Below, in pieces: positions 55,988-64,000 of a stretch of 64,000 nt of DNA. Below the pieces are notes generated by a model. That model made no database searches, was not told where the DNA came from, and saw only the letters and a list, made by a program, of their open reading frames with translations. The position numbers and the translations under genes are program-made. The stretch covers positions 1 to 64,000 of IMG/VR virus record IMGVR_UViG_3300014494_000005. One strand, given 5' to 3'. Positions within the stretch are counted from its first letter, which is position 1; every line of letters starts with the position of its first letter.

Positions 55988-57139
55988 TTATTTCATATTT
56001 TCTAATATTCTCAATGTATCATCAAAACTTTCAATTATATTCATTGCTTCATGATATGTTACAGCAATAAATCTTCTTTTACCAACAGTATTAAACACTC
56101 CAAGTCTATCCATATCAAATAAAAATCCTTCAACCATTTTATTAGAATTTCCTATATTTGTTTTCTCAGCAACCAATTCTTTTAATTCTAAACCACTTAT
56201 TACTTTATCGCCATTTGTTAATTTACCATCATTATATACAAATGTTAATAGTGAACGATATCTATCTTTTTTCGTATATATTTTTTCAAATTTTTGTTGA
56301 TGTATAATAAATAAATTATATTCAAACCATTCTCTAAAATATACACCAGCAAAAATGATAATTTCACAAAAACATGCAACAATTACAAATAAAATAATGT
56401 TTTGTACATCTTCTGTCTTATTAACATTTTTTACTTCACTAAGATTTGTTTTTAAATCAACAACATTTTGAGATAATTTATCTTCGATTTTATCCACTTC
56501 ATTTTGATTAATTTCAATAATTTTTACATTTTTATCAATATTTGCTTGATATTGATTTCTAATTGTTATATAAGTAACTGGAGTTTCTGTTAATTTTTGA
56601 CGTAAATCATTATTAATCATTCTTAAAGTTGTATTATCATCCTCATATGTTTTCTTTTTCTTTTCATATAATATTGATAAACTATCGGTAATATTTGTTG
56701 TTTTATTTTCAATAACATTATCTTTATAAGTGCTTGTTGATGCCAAATTTTTTGAACCAATTATTGATAAGTAAAAGCTCAAAAGAATTATTGAAACTGA
56801 TATTGTTAACCAACCAACAATACTTGCTTTTATTTTCTTTTTATTTGAAACAAAATCTGTTGAAAAACTCCTAATTAAATATCGTTTAATTACTTCAAAA
56901 ATAACAAGAAATATTATTGTGAAAGTAAATGCAAAAATACTTGCCCAAATACCACCGATTAAATTAATTGTAATTGCTTTTAATAAACCCGGATATACAA
57001 GAAAGTATGAAAAGAAAATAGAACCAGCATTTCCAATAAAAGAGAATAAATATAACCACTTATCAAGACCCTTATTATTACCCTCAAAGTCTTTAGTGTT
57101 AATCTTTTTTCTTAATTCATCATATTTTTTTAAATCCAT
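55988..57139 (-). CDS. Multi-TM protein with coiled coil
   Basis: 3 N-terminal TM, coiled coil, further TM. Confidence 0.7.
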   Translation of the reverse strand: MDLKKYDELRKKINTKDFEGNNKGLDKWLYLFSFIGNAGSIFFSYFLVYPGLLKAITINLIGGIWASIFAFTFTIIFLVIFEVIKRYLIRSFSTDFVSNKKKIKASIVGWLTISVSIILLSFYLSIIGSKNLASTSTYKDNVIENKTTNITDSLSILYEKKKKTYEDDNTTLRMINNDLRQKLTETPVTYITIRNQYQANIDKNVKIIEINQNEVDKIEDKLSQNVVDLKTNLSEVKNVNKTEDVQNIILFVIVACFCEIIIFAGVYFREWFEYNLFIIHQQKFEKIYTKKDRYRSLLTFVYNDGKLTNGDKVISGLELKELVAEKTNIGNSNKMVEGFLFDMDRLGVFNTVGKRRFIAVTYHEAMNIIESFDDTLRILENMK

Positions 57140-57177
57140 ATCTACAGTTTATCCATAAATAGTTTTAGAATACGTTT

Positions 57178-60100
57178 TTATTCTAATATAAGTGATGATA
57201 TTCCATCTTCATTTAATTCGACATTAATTAAATAATCAGGATTAATATTTGCATTATGTTCAACAACCAATACTTTCTTCATATTATTTTTTATTAATTG
57301 TAATATTTCAATAAATTCTTCAATACTATCCTCATCTAATTTACCCATTACTTCATCAAGTAAAAATATTGTTGGTTTTGCTTTTACATTAATTTGATTT
57401 AATGCAAATTTCAATACTACACTAGAAAATGTTCTTTCCTTACCACTAGCACTAATACAATCAATAATTGCAGGTCTGTCATTATATTTTAATTTGGGTC
57501 TAAGTTCATCTAAATCAAGCCATACTTTAAATTGTGCAACAGATAATATATTTTCCAGAGTTAAATTAATTTTTGGTATAATATAATTACTTAACATTTG
57601 TCTTGGTATACCATCCCGATGAACGCATTTTTTATAAAGATTCATAACCGTATCTCTATATTCTTGTGCTTTAAAATCTATAATTAATACTTCATTATTT
57701 TTAATTTTTAATTGTTTTTCACCAATATTTGTTTTTCTAATATATACATTTTCATTCTCATTGGTTTTTTCAGTTTCAAGTTCGTTTAATTTTAATTTAG
57801 CTGTAGCAATACCCTTTTCAATCTTTTGATTTTCTTCAATTTGAAGTAAACTATTCTCATGGCTTGTTATCTTTTGTTCAAGAATACCAATTTTTAGTTC
57901 TTCATTTTGAATTTTTATTGGAACTTGGTCTAATTCTATTTGTAATTCTTTACGTTTTTCAACATCATTTTTTTCATTGGTGAGTGTTCCTATTTCTTTA
58001 AGAATCTCTTCCATTTCTAATGCAGATTGTTTTATACTTTCATTTATTTTTTCAATTTCATTAATCTTTACATTAATTATTATTTGATGTTCATGTATAT
58101 CAATTGCTTGTTTTACATTAATTTTATCAGCAATAATATACATTTCCTTTTCCTTTTCTTTAACAGCATTTTCAATATGGTCTTTATGTTCTTGTTTTTC
58201 AATAACTTGTCCACATTGACTACAAATTTTACTATTTTTGAGGTCAGCAATTTCTTTTTTTAATTTAATACCGTCTTGTTTTAATTTAAAAATATCACCA
58301 TTAATTATTTCAATTTTATGTTCTTCTTCAGATTTTAGCCGTTCAAGATTTTTAATTTCTAATTTTTTATTATATTCAGTAGTTTTATGTGTATCTTTTT
58401 GTTCAAGAAGAATTTTTAATTTTTCAATATCATATGTTTCTTTCAATGGTATTATACTTTGCTTTAAAACCATTTCTTGTGCCTTTATTTCAATGATATT
58501 CTTTTTATTGGCACTTATGTCCTCTCGTGCTTTATCTACGTCCAGATTGTAAATTTCTGAGTCTATTTTATATAATTTCTTTGAAAGGTCTTCCACATAT
58601 TTTCTACCAATTTCAATTCGATTTTGAATGTCAGGAAGTTTTACTGTTTCAATTTGAGTTATTTCTCCTTCAAGTGCAATAATTTCCTGTTGTAACCTTG
58701 CATTCTCCATATTTGTAAATTCTACATTACATAAAACTCTAGGTTTTTCATTAACCCGTTTTTGATAAACTTTAAGACCTTCAAGTTTTTTATCAAATAT
58801 ATCCAATCCGCTATCATAGAGCAAACTGTCGATAAATGTAGACATATCGTTACTGAGTATGCGATTGAGTGAATCGGAAGTTGTCATTACAATTCGCATA
58901 AAATTATCATAACTGCCGATAATTGATTCTACTTTCTTTTGAGTTTTTACTCTATGGTTTTCATCAAGTTTTTCTATTGATGTTTCGTCATTCATTTCAT
59001 CATCTGGCGTTGCCAGCATATAATAACTCAATGTTGTTGGTGCACCAGTAATTTCTCCACATTTGTTTTTATTAATTTCTGTTTTCTTTTTAATACCAAA
59101 ATATTCACCATTAGCTTCAATAATCATATATACCTCACATGATGTTGCACCATTTCTATTATTAATAAATCGTATGTCACCGTATTTCATACGAGTTTCA
59201 GTTTCCAAAGTTTTACCAAAAAGCGCATAACTAATTGATTTTAAAATAGTTGTCTTGCCGAAAGTATTTTTTCCGATTATTTGATATAGACCATCTTCAT
59301 TTCTCCAGTCAATATCAAATTGACCATATGACATAAAATTTTTACCACCAAATTTGACAACATTCCATTCTATACTTTGGTCTTCAACTATATCAATTTC
59401 TGTAAGTATTTCTTCATCTAATGCAATTACATCATTAACAAGTTGTTCATCACTACCTATTTTAGTTAAAAATTCTTTAAAAATTTCATGTTGAACTTCT
59501 TTTGTGGTTACATTTTGTAATGAAACATTTTCATTTACATCAATTTTTTCATTTTCAAGAAATTCATTTTTATGTGAAATTGTGACATTTTTATGTTTAG
59601 ATTTTAAATATTCAATTACTTTTCTCTCATTTTCTTTAGTACGTGTTTGTGGTAATGTGCCCCAAATGAATCTAATTTTCATATATTTGGTTGGATTTTC
59701 AATTTCGAAATCCAAATCATCAAAATCAACATATTGTGTAATTCTAATATTTTTAAATGAATAATCATCATATATGGGAATTTCTTGAACTGTTTTATTT
59801 AAAATATTCCACAGAAGATATCCGTGAAAACAAGAATCTCCTTCTGTAACATCCTGACTTACAAGGCTTCCACAATATCCTTTAGTTTTATTTTTATCTA
59901 AGTATTGTTGGATATGAATATCAGCAAAAAAACCAAAGTCTGATTTGAAGTCTGAAAGTTTATAATATGATTTACTTTTCATTTCAAAACCTGTTGTGGT
60001 TTTACAACCATTTATTGGGTCATGGAAAAGGTCAATATAAACCCTCTTATTAGTTTTTCTATCAATTTCAATTTGCTTGCCTTGTTTGGTTTTCCAAGAA

Positions 60101-60504
60101 TTGTTGTTCTTATCACCATGATGCCAAACCACCCATGTTACATTTTCATCATCATAAAATCCGGTCTTATTATAATAAATAATATTAGGATTGTTTAATA
60201 TTTTTGTTATAGCTTCAATGCTATCAGTTCTTTTATTATTTTTACGAAGAAAATCATGATTACCACGAGTTATTCTAACAGGAGCAATATTTGCTAATGT
60301 ATTTAAAAAATTTGAAGCTAGAACTAATTGTTCGCTTTCGAGATTTAAATAATCATGAACGAGGTCTCCTACAATTACTATCCTATCAGGTTTTTGTTCT
60401 TCTAAACTTTTATATAAGGTTTCAAATACTTTTTGATATTCTTCATTACGAGATGGTGATTTGCGTATATGAATATCCCCAAGATGGGCAATTTTTTGAA
60501 TCAT
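57178..60504 (-). CDS. Single-chain Mre11/SbcD nuclease - Rad50/SbcC ATPase fusion
   Basis: GDIH, GDLVHD, GNHD phosphoesterase motifs; Walker A GKNTFGKTT; Zn hook CSQC; signature SGKE; Walker B LLDE; H-loop VEH; one uninterrupted ORF. Confidence 0.92.
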   Translation of the reverse strand: MIQKIAHLGDIHIRKSPSRNEEYQKVFETLYKSLEEQKPDRIVIVGDLVHDYLNLESEQLVLASNFLNTLANIAPVRITRGNHDFLRKNNKRTDSIEAITKILNNPNIIYYNKTGFYDDENVTWVVWHHGDKNNNSWKTKQGKQIEIDRKTNKRVYIDLFHDPINGCKTTTGFEMKSKSYYKLSDFKSDFGFFADIHIQQYLDKNKTKGYCGSLVSQDVTEGDSCFHGYLLWNILNKTVQEIPIYDDYSFKNIRITQYVDFDDLDFEIENPTKYMKIRFIWGTLPQTRTKENERKVIEYLKSKHKNVTISHKNEFLENEKIDVNENVSLQNVTTKEVQHEIFKEFLTKIGSDEQLVNDVIALDEEILTEIDIVEDQSIEWNVVKFGGKNFMSYGQFDIDWRNEDGLYQIIGKNTFGKTTILKSISYALFGKTLETETRMKYGDIRFINNRNGATSCEVYMIIEANGEYFGIKKKTEINKNKCGEITGAPTTLSYYMLATPDDEMNDETSIEKLDENHRVKTQKKVESIIGSYDNFMRIVMTTSDSLNRILSNDMSTFIDSLLYDSGLDIFDKKLEGLKVYQKRVNEKPRVLCNVEFTNMENARLQQEIIALEGEITQIETVKLPDIQNRIEIGRKYVEDLSKKLYKIDSEIYNLDVDKAREDISANKKNIIEIKAQEMVLKQSIIPLKETYDIEKLKILLEQKDTHKTTEYNKKLEIKNLERLKSEEEHKIEIINGDIFKLKQDGIKLKKEIADLKNSKICSQCGQVIEKQEHKDHIENAVKEKEKEMYIIADKINVKQAIDIHEHQIIINVKINEIEKINESIKQSALEMEEILKEIGTLTNEKNDVEKRKELQIELDQVPIKIQNEELKIGILEQKITSHENSLLQIEENQKIEKGIATAKLKLNELETEKTNENENVYIRKTNIGEKQLKIKNNEVLIIDFKAQEYRDTVMNLYKKCVHRDGIPRQMLSNYIIPKINLTLENILSVAQFKVWLDLDELRPKLKYNDRPAIIDCISASGKERTFSSVVLKFALNQINVKAKPTIFLLDEVMGKLDEDSIEEFIEILQLIKNNMKKVLVVEHNANINPDYLINVELNEDGISSLILE

Positions 60505-60580
60505 TTCATAATCAAATTACATAAAATTATTTTTACAAATATATTGAAAAGCCACGTATAATGCAAGGATTTTAAAAATT

Positions 60581-60613
60581 TGTCAACGTGTCTATTTTAG
60601 TGTCAAGATGTCA
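60581..60613. repeat. TGTCA direct repeats upstream of hsp20
   Basis: TGTCA-acg-TGTCT (60581-60593) and TGTCA-aga-TGTCA (60601-60613). Confidence 0.45.
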
Positions 60614-60685
60614 TATATTTGTTTATGGTATAACATTTGATTAATTCTAATTAAAAATAATTTTATATTTAAAAATTTATATAAT

Positions 60686-61093
60686 ATGTTAATAAAAAGA
60701 TTTCACTATGACCCATTCATAAGTTTGTTTGATGACATGATGAATGATGCATCAACAAGTACTACAACAGCAAGAATACCCAAACATAATGTCATTGAAA
60801 ATGATAAAGAATTTCAAATAGAAATATCATTAGCTGGTGTAAAAAAAGATGATATGAATATTAATATTGACAAAGATGTTATGACAATTAAAGCTGAACG
60901 TAAAGAAATAAAAGATGTAAAATATAATCGTAAACAAACTTATTTTGGTAAATACGAAAGAATGTTTGTGCTTCCAGACGAAATTGATAAAGAAAATATT
61001 AGTGCTTCATTAGTTGATGGAATACTTAGAGTAATTGTTCCTAAACTCGTGGGTGATACAAAGTTAACTAAAAAAACAATTGAGATTAAGTAA
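60686..61093 (+). CDS. Small heat-shock protein Hsp20/alpha-crystallin
   Basis: NVIENDKEFQIEISLAGVKKDD, FGKYERMFVLP, ISASLVDGILRVIVPK. Confidence 0.93.
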   Translation: MLIKRFHYDPFISLFDDMMNDASTSTTTARIPKHNVIENDKEFQIEISLAGVKKDDMNINIDKDVMTIKAERKEIKDVKYNRKQTYFGKYERMFVLPDEIDKENISASLVDGILRVIVPKLVGDTKLTKKTIEIK

Positions 61094-61115
61094 ATATATT
61101 AAGAGTCCCAAAAAT

Positions 61116-61145
61116 AAAAAAGGCATCGAATATGATGCTTTTTTT
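61116..61145. terminator. Bidirectional intrinsic terminator between convergent genes
   Basis: AAAAAAGGCATC-GAATAT-GATGCTTTTTTT. Confidence 0.75.
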
Positions 61146-62508
61146 ATTGTTCTGGTTGCATTTGTTGTTGCATACTTGTTCTTGCAGCTTCAAATTCATC
61201 TTTATATACATCAATTTGACCAATTATAAAGTTTGATACATCAGTAATTGTTGTAATATTTTCTTTAATTAATTGTTTGCTACTTAATTTACCCTGTGCT
61301 TGCCATAAAGCCATATATGTTGGGTGATGTTCTACTGATAATCCATAATGCTTACAAAGAACTGCAGATACTGTTTCTGCTTGAATTTCTTTAATTTGTT
61401 TTATCATTGCAAAATTTAAATCACCTTTTTTCTGAAAATAATCTAATGCTTTATTATAAAATTTACCACCTGATTGATGTAATAAATCGTGTGCCCATTC
61501 ATGAAATATTGTTGATGCAGCACCACTACCAGTCGCATTCTGACTAACATTTATTTGTCCTTTTCTACTCCAGCCAGCTTCACCTGCAGTTGCAGGGTCT
61601 TGTGTTACTCTCATGCCCATCTTTTCCAAACTTTTTTTTGCAATTGTAAATAATGCTTTTGCATCGGCACGGTCATCATATTCACCTTCCCATTCCGGTT
61701 TATCTTGAATTGGTTCACCTTCTGTATTTGCAACATCATAAACAACACATGGGTCGAATTTTACATGAACAATATTTCTTCTTGTTTTAATTGCATTCAT
61801 TTTAGTATTATCAATTTGTTCAATACCTGCTTCAACTTTTGTAACATATTCATTATCTCTATTTTGCTGGTCTAAAGTATATTGAGAAAGTTTTCCATCT
61901 GCAGTTTTAAAAAATTTATTTGCACACCAAATTGAAATTGCTTTCTTTTTATCAATGACTTTTCTATGAAATTTTTTATTCCATTTACCTTCACCTGCAA
62001 CCTGTGTTGCATTTGGGTCTTGTAAATAGATTAACATGATATTACTGAAACTATATTTATGAAATTTATGAGAAAAATCTAAAAATTTTTGAAATTCTGC
62101 ACTTGCTGCTCTTTCATCAGTAGCATTTGCAATATCTTCAATATATTGTTCTATTTTTGTTTCAAGTTCTGATTTTGTTTTTGCTGGCATACTTGAATTT
62201 TGAACTTCGGATTTAAGATTTTCTAATTGTGACATAAAATCTTCAAGATTACCAGTTTGACCACCTTGTGTTTCTAATTCAGCATTAATTGTTTTTAATC
62301 CATCAAGAACTGCAGTACTTAATTTATTTCCGAACATCCACCATTCTTTACCATTCCATTGAAAACCAAGTGCAGATAATTTTTCTTTTACTTTTTTTGT
62401 TTCTAAATTTACATCAGAAACTACAATATATCTCACATAAGATTTTCCTTCTTTACTGGTAAGATTTTGCTTTTGTAGATTAACATACTCGAAAATACCT
62501 TTTTTCAT
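61144..62508 (-). CDS. ArdC-like ssDNA-binding domain + zincin-like metallopeptidase
   Basis: FHKYSFSN.MLI..Q.P.ATQVAG..KW; VYDVANTEG; HEWAH (HExxH); EIQAETVS; AAGTATTTATA at 62525-62535. Confidence 0.8.
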   Translation of the reverse strand: MKKGIFEYVNLQKQNLTSKEGKSYVRYIVVSDVNLETKKVKEKLSALGFQWNGKEWWMFGNKLSTAVLDGLKTINAELETQGGQTGNLEDFMSQLENLKSEVQNSSMPAKTKSELETKIEQYIEDIANATDERAASAEFQKFLDFSHKFHKYSFSNIMLIYLQDPNATQVAGEGKWNKKFHRKVIDKKKAISIWCANKFFKTADGKLSQYTLDQQNRDNEYVTKVEAGIEQIDNTKMNAIKTRRNIVHVKFDPCVVYDVANTEGEPIQDKPEWEGEYDDRADAKALFTIAKKSLEKMGMRVTQDPATAGEAGWSRKGQINVSQNATGSGAASTIFHEWAHDLLHQSGGKFYNKALDYFQKKGDLNFAMIKQIKEIQAETVSAVLCKHYGLSVEHHPTYMALWQAQGKLSSKQLIKENITTITDVSNFIIGQIDVYKDEFEAARTSMQQQMQPEQ

Positions 62509-62538
62509 AGTATCAAATATTTTTTATAAATACTTGAT

Positions 62539-63156
62539 TTAATTGTAAATTATCTCTGGGTTATTTTTTTTGAGTTTGGTTTTTATATAATTAACTCTAT
62601 TACTAATTGTAGAACTTGTAACATTAAATTCTTTTCCAATTTCGCAATAATCGTATCCTTGAACGTATTTCATATCAAGCAATGTAAAATCTTGTGGTGA
62701 TATTTGTGTTGAAATATAACTTATTGAACTATTATTTTCGAATTCCATATTATTTGTAGTACATATTCCATTTGCCATAAATGTTAAACTGCATGTATTA
62801 TTGGATGTCGTGGTGAATGAATTACTAATATCTGCTGATGATGTAAATGATATATTACCAGTTATTGATGTAGCGGTACAAGAATTATTTCTCCATTTAT
62901 CAATCATATAATTTTTAGCAATACTAAAAACCCATGACCTAAATTTTGATTTTGTACAATCAAATGATTTTAAATTTAAAAAAACTTTAATCATTATTTC
63001 AGATACATCATCTTCAAGGTCGTAATAAATAGAATATTTACTTTTTAAAAAATTTTTAACAGATTTTTTATATTTGTTATATAGTTTTTCTTGTGCTTGT
63101 TGATTTCCATTCAAAATATTTTGAATAAGTATCGTATCTTCCTGTTCTATTATCAT
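62539..63156 (-). CDS. ECF-type sigma-70 factor
   Basis: Region 2 (EDDVSEIMIKVF...SKFRSWVFSIAKN..ID.WR) and region 4 HTH (YCEIGKEFNVTSSTISNR). Confidence 0.82.
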   Translation of the reverse strand: MIIEQEDTILIQNILNGNQQAQEKLYNKYKKSVKNFLKSKYSIYYDLEDDVSEIMIKVFLNLKSFDCTKSKFRSWVFSIAKNYMIDKWRNNSCTATSITGNISFTSSADISNSFTTTSNNTCSLTFMANGICTTNNMEFENNSSISYISTQISPQDFTLLDMKYVQGYDYCEIGKEFNVTSSTISNRVNYIKTKLKKNNPEIIYN

Positions 63157-64000
63157 ATGGTTTTTGTAACTTATTAATAAAATAATCATCTATAGTTAAA
63201 CCTCTTGCAGTATAAAGACTTTTAATTACTTCATCAATTCCTTTATTTTTACGAAGTTCATCTAAATCTTTTTCATTTGGAATTTTAACTAATTTAACCC
63301 TTTCTTCACAGCCAACATAAATAGTATGTAACATATAATATAGTTCTATAGCATTTTTATAGGCATCAGGGTCTAACAAAATAACGACATCAGGTTTTAA
63401 TTCTTGCAGTTTCAAAAACAATGTGGCTGATAATGTTTTTCCTAATATTGGTATAATATTGACGGGAAATGATAACATTTCAAACGCACCTTCAACAAGG
63501 TATACAGTAGAATCCCAATTTACAAAACCTTCATTAAAAATGATTTTATCTTTATCCGCAAATGGATTTAAATATTTTTTTCTTTTTTCTTTCGGGTCAT
63601 AACTTCTACCAACAAAATAATTTATTTCACCGTTCTTATCATAAGATGGAATAATTATTCTTTTAGCATATTTTCCAGTAGTACAAAAACCAAGCCGATA
63701 TTTTAAAATAATATCTCGACTTATTTTTCTTTCATTAATGATATAATTATATGCTTCAAAATGTTCAGGATTTCCTTCTTCTAATTGAGAAAACGATATC
63801 ATTTCATTAGGAAGTTTAATTTGTACAAATTCTTTTTCATCTTCATTATTACTATAATCAATTAAAATGTTAGCATATGACTTATATATATCATAATCCA
63901 TATGACTACCAAACATTCTAATTAACCTACCCAAAGAACCAGAAAATTTAGGTTCATCACATTTCCAACAACGAAACATTCGTTTGGCAGTATTTATTTC
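63077..64000 (-). CDS. DNA primase (Zn finger + Toprim), 5' end beyond the window
   Basis: FRCWKC, RIIIPSYD..G.INYFVGR, VYLVEGAFE, ILLDPDA; frame stays open to the window edge. Confidence 0.85.
   Translation of the reverse strand, partial: EINTAKRMFRCWKCDEPKFSGSLGRLIRMFGSHMDYDIYKSYANILIDYSNNEDEKEFVQIKLPNEMISFSQLEEGNPEHFEAYNYIINERKISRDIILKYRLGFCTTGKYAKRIIIPSYDKNGEINYFVGRSYDPKEKRKKYLNPFADKDKIIFNEGFVNWDSTVYLVEGAFEMLSFPVNIIPILGKTLSATLFLKLQELKPDVVILLDPDAYKNAIELYYMLHTIYVGCEERVKLVKIPNEKDLDELRKNKGIDEVIKSLYTARGLTIDDYFINKLQKPYDNRTGRYDTYSKYFEWKSTSTRKTI

Noticed and set aside
603-60524. Numerous antisense or alternate-frame ORFs in the track (e.g. 603-812, 1443-1736, 3678-4202, 9070-9441, 19657-19995, 22215-22457, 49780-50229, 58238-58552)
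   Set aside because: They lie within or opposite well-supported genes or RNAs and have no motifs. They are treated as shadow ORFs.
1-64000. Stop-codon reassignment (TAG/TGA recoding as in some Bacteroidota phages)
   Set aside because: Long conserved genes (ligase, helicase, SbcDC fusion) are full length under the standard code and coding density is high.
1-64000. Bacterial chromosome or integrated prophage boundary
   Set aside because: There are no host housekeeping operons, att/integrase or compositional junction. Gene content and density are phage-like throughout.

Overview
This is an AT-rich, gene-dense 64 kb segment of a large (probably jumbo-class) tailed dsDNA phage. It contains no rRNA, no CRISPR array and no host housekeeping operons. 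Repeated TAnnTTTG -7 promoter elements and a signal-peptide/Gln-start secreted protein suggest a Bacteroidota host (inference). Genes run mostly on the minus strand (1-31.3 kb), then plus (31.4-42.9 kb), then minus. Recognisable functions are: DNA metabolism (Dda-like helicase, ATP-dependent ligase, single-chain Mre11-Rad50/SbcDC fusion, primase, dCMP deaminase, exonucleases); RNA/tRNA repair (Thg1-like, Rnl2-type ligase, two HAD phosphatases, PTH2-like); counter-defence or stress proteins (NADAR, Mesh1/SpoT-like HD, ArdC-like, patatin, Hsp20, thioredoxin); cell-wall enzymes (SLT, GH25, degenerate amidase); two sigma-like proteins; and seven intact selfish nucleases (TnpB, 2 GIY-YIG, LAGLIDADG, 2 CxxHG-repeat nucleases, HNH). 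The most unusual signals are: (1) three attC-like palindromes at 1-960 whose flanks show the cross-complementarity typical of integron gene cassettes, here inside a phage; (2) a 106-nt tRNA-Gly-like RNA with an aberrant anticodon arm and a 38-nt extra arm, plus a structured leader, upstream of the RNA ligase; (3) a duplicated RHH + GIY-YIG two-gene mobile module; (4) a PurA-like/vWA/J-domain-pseudokinase gene cluster; (5) two phage-specific promoter grammars, TGTAAC-N16-CGTAT and AAGTATTTATA (the reverse complement of the T4 late promoter). All calls come from reading motifs by eye; no database searches were run.
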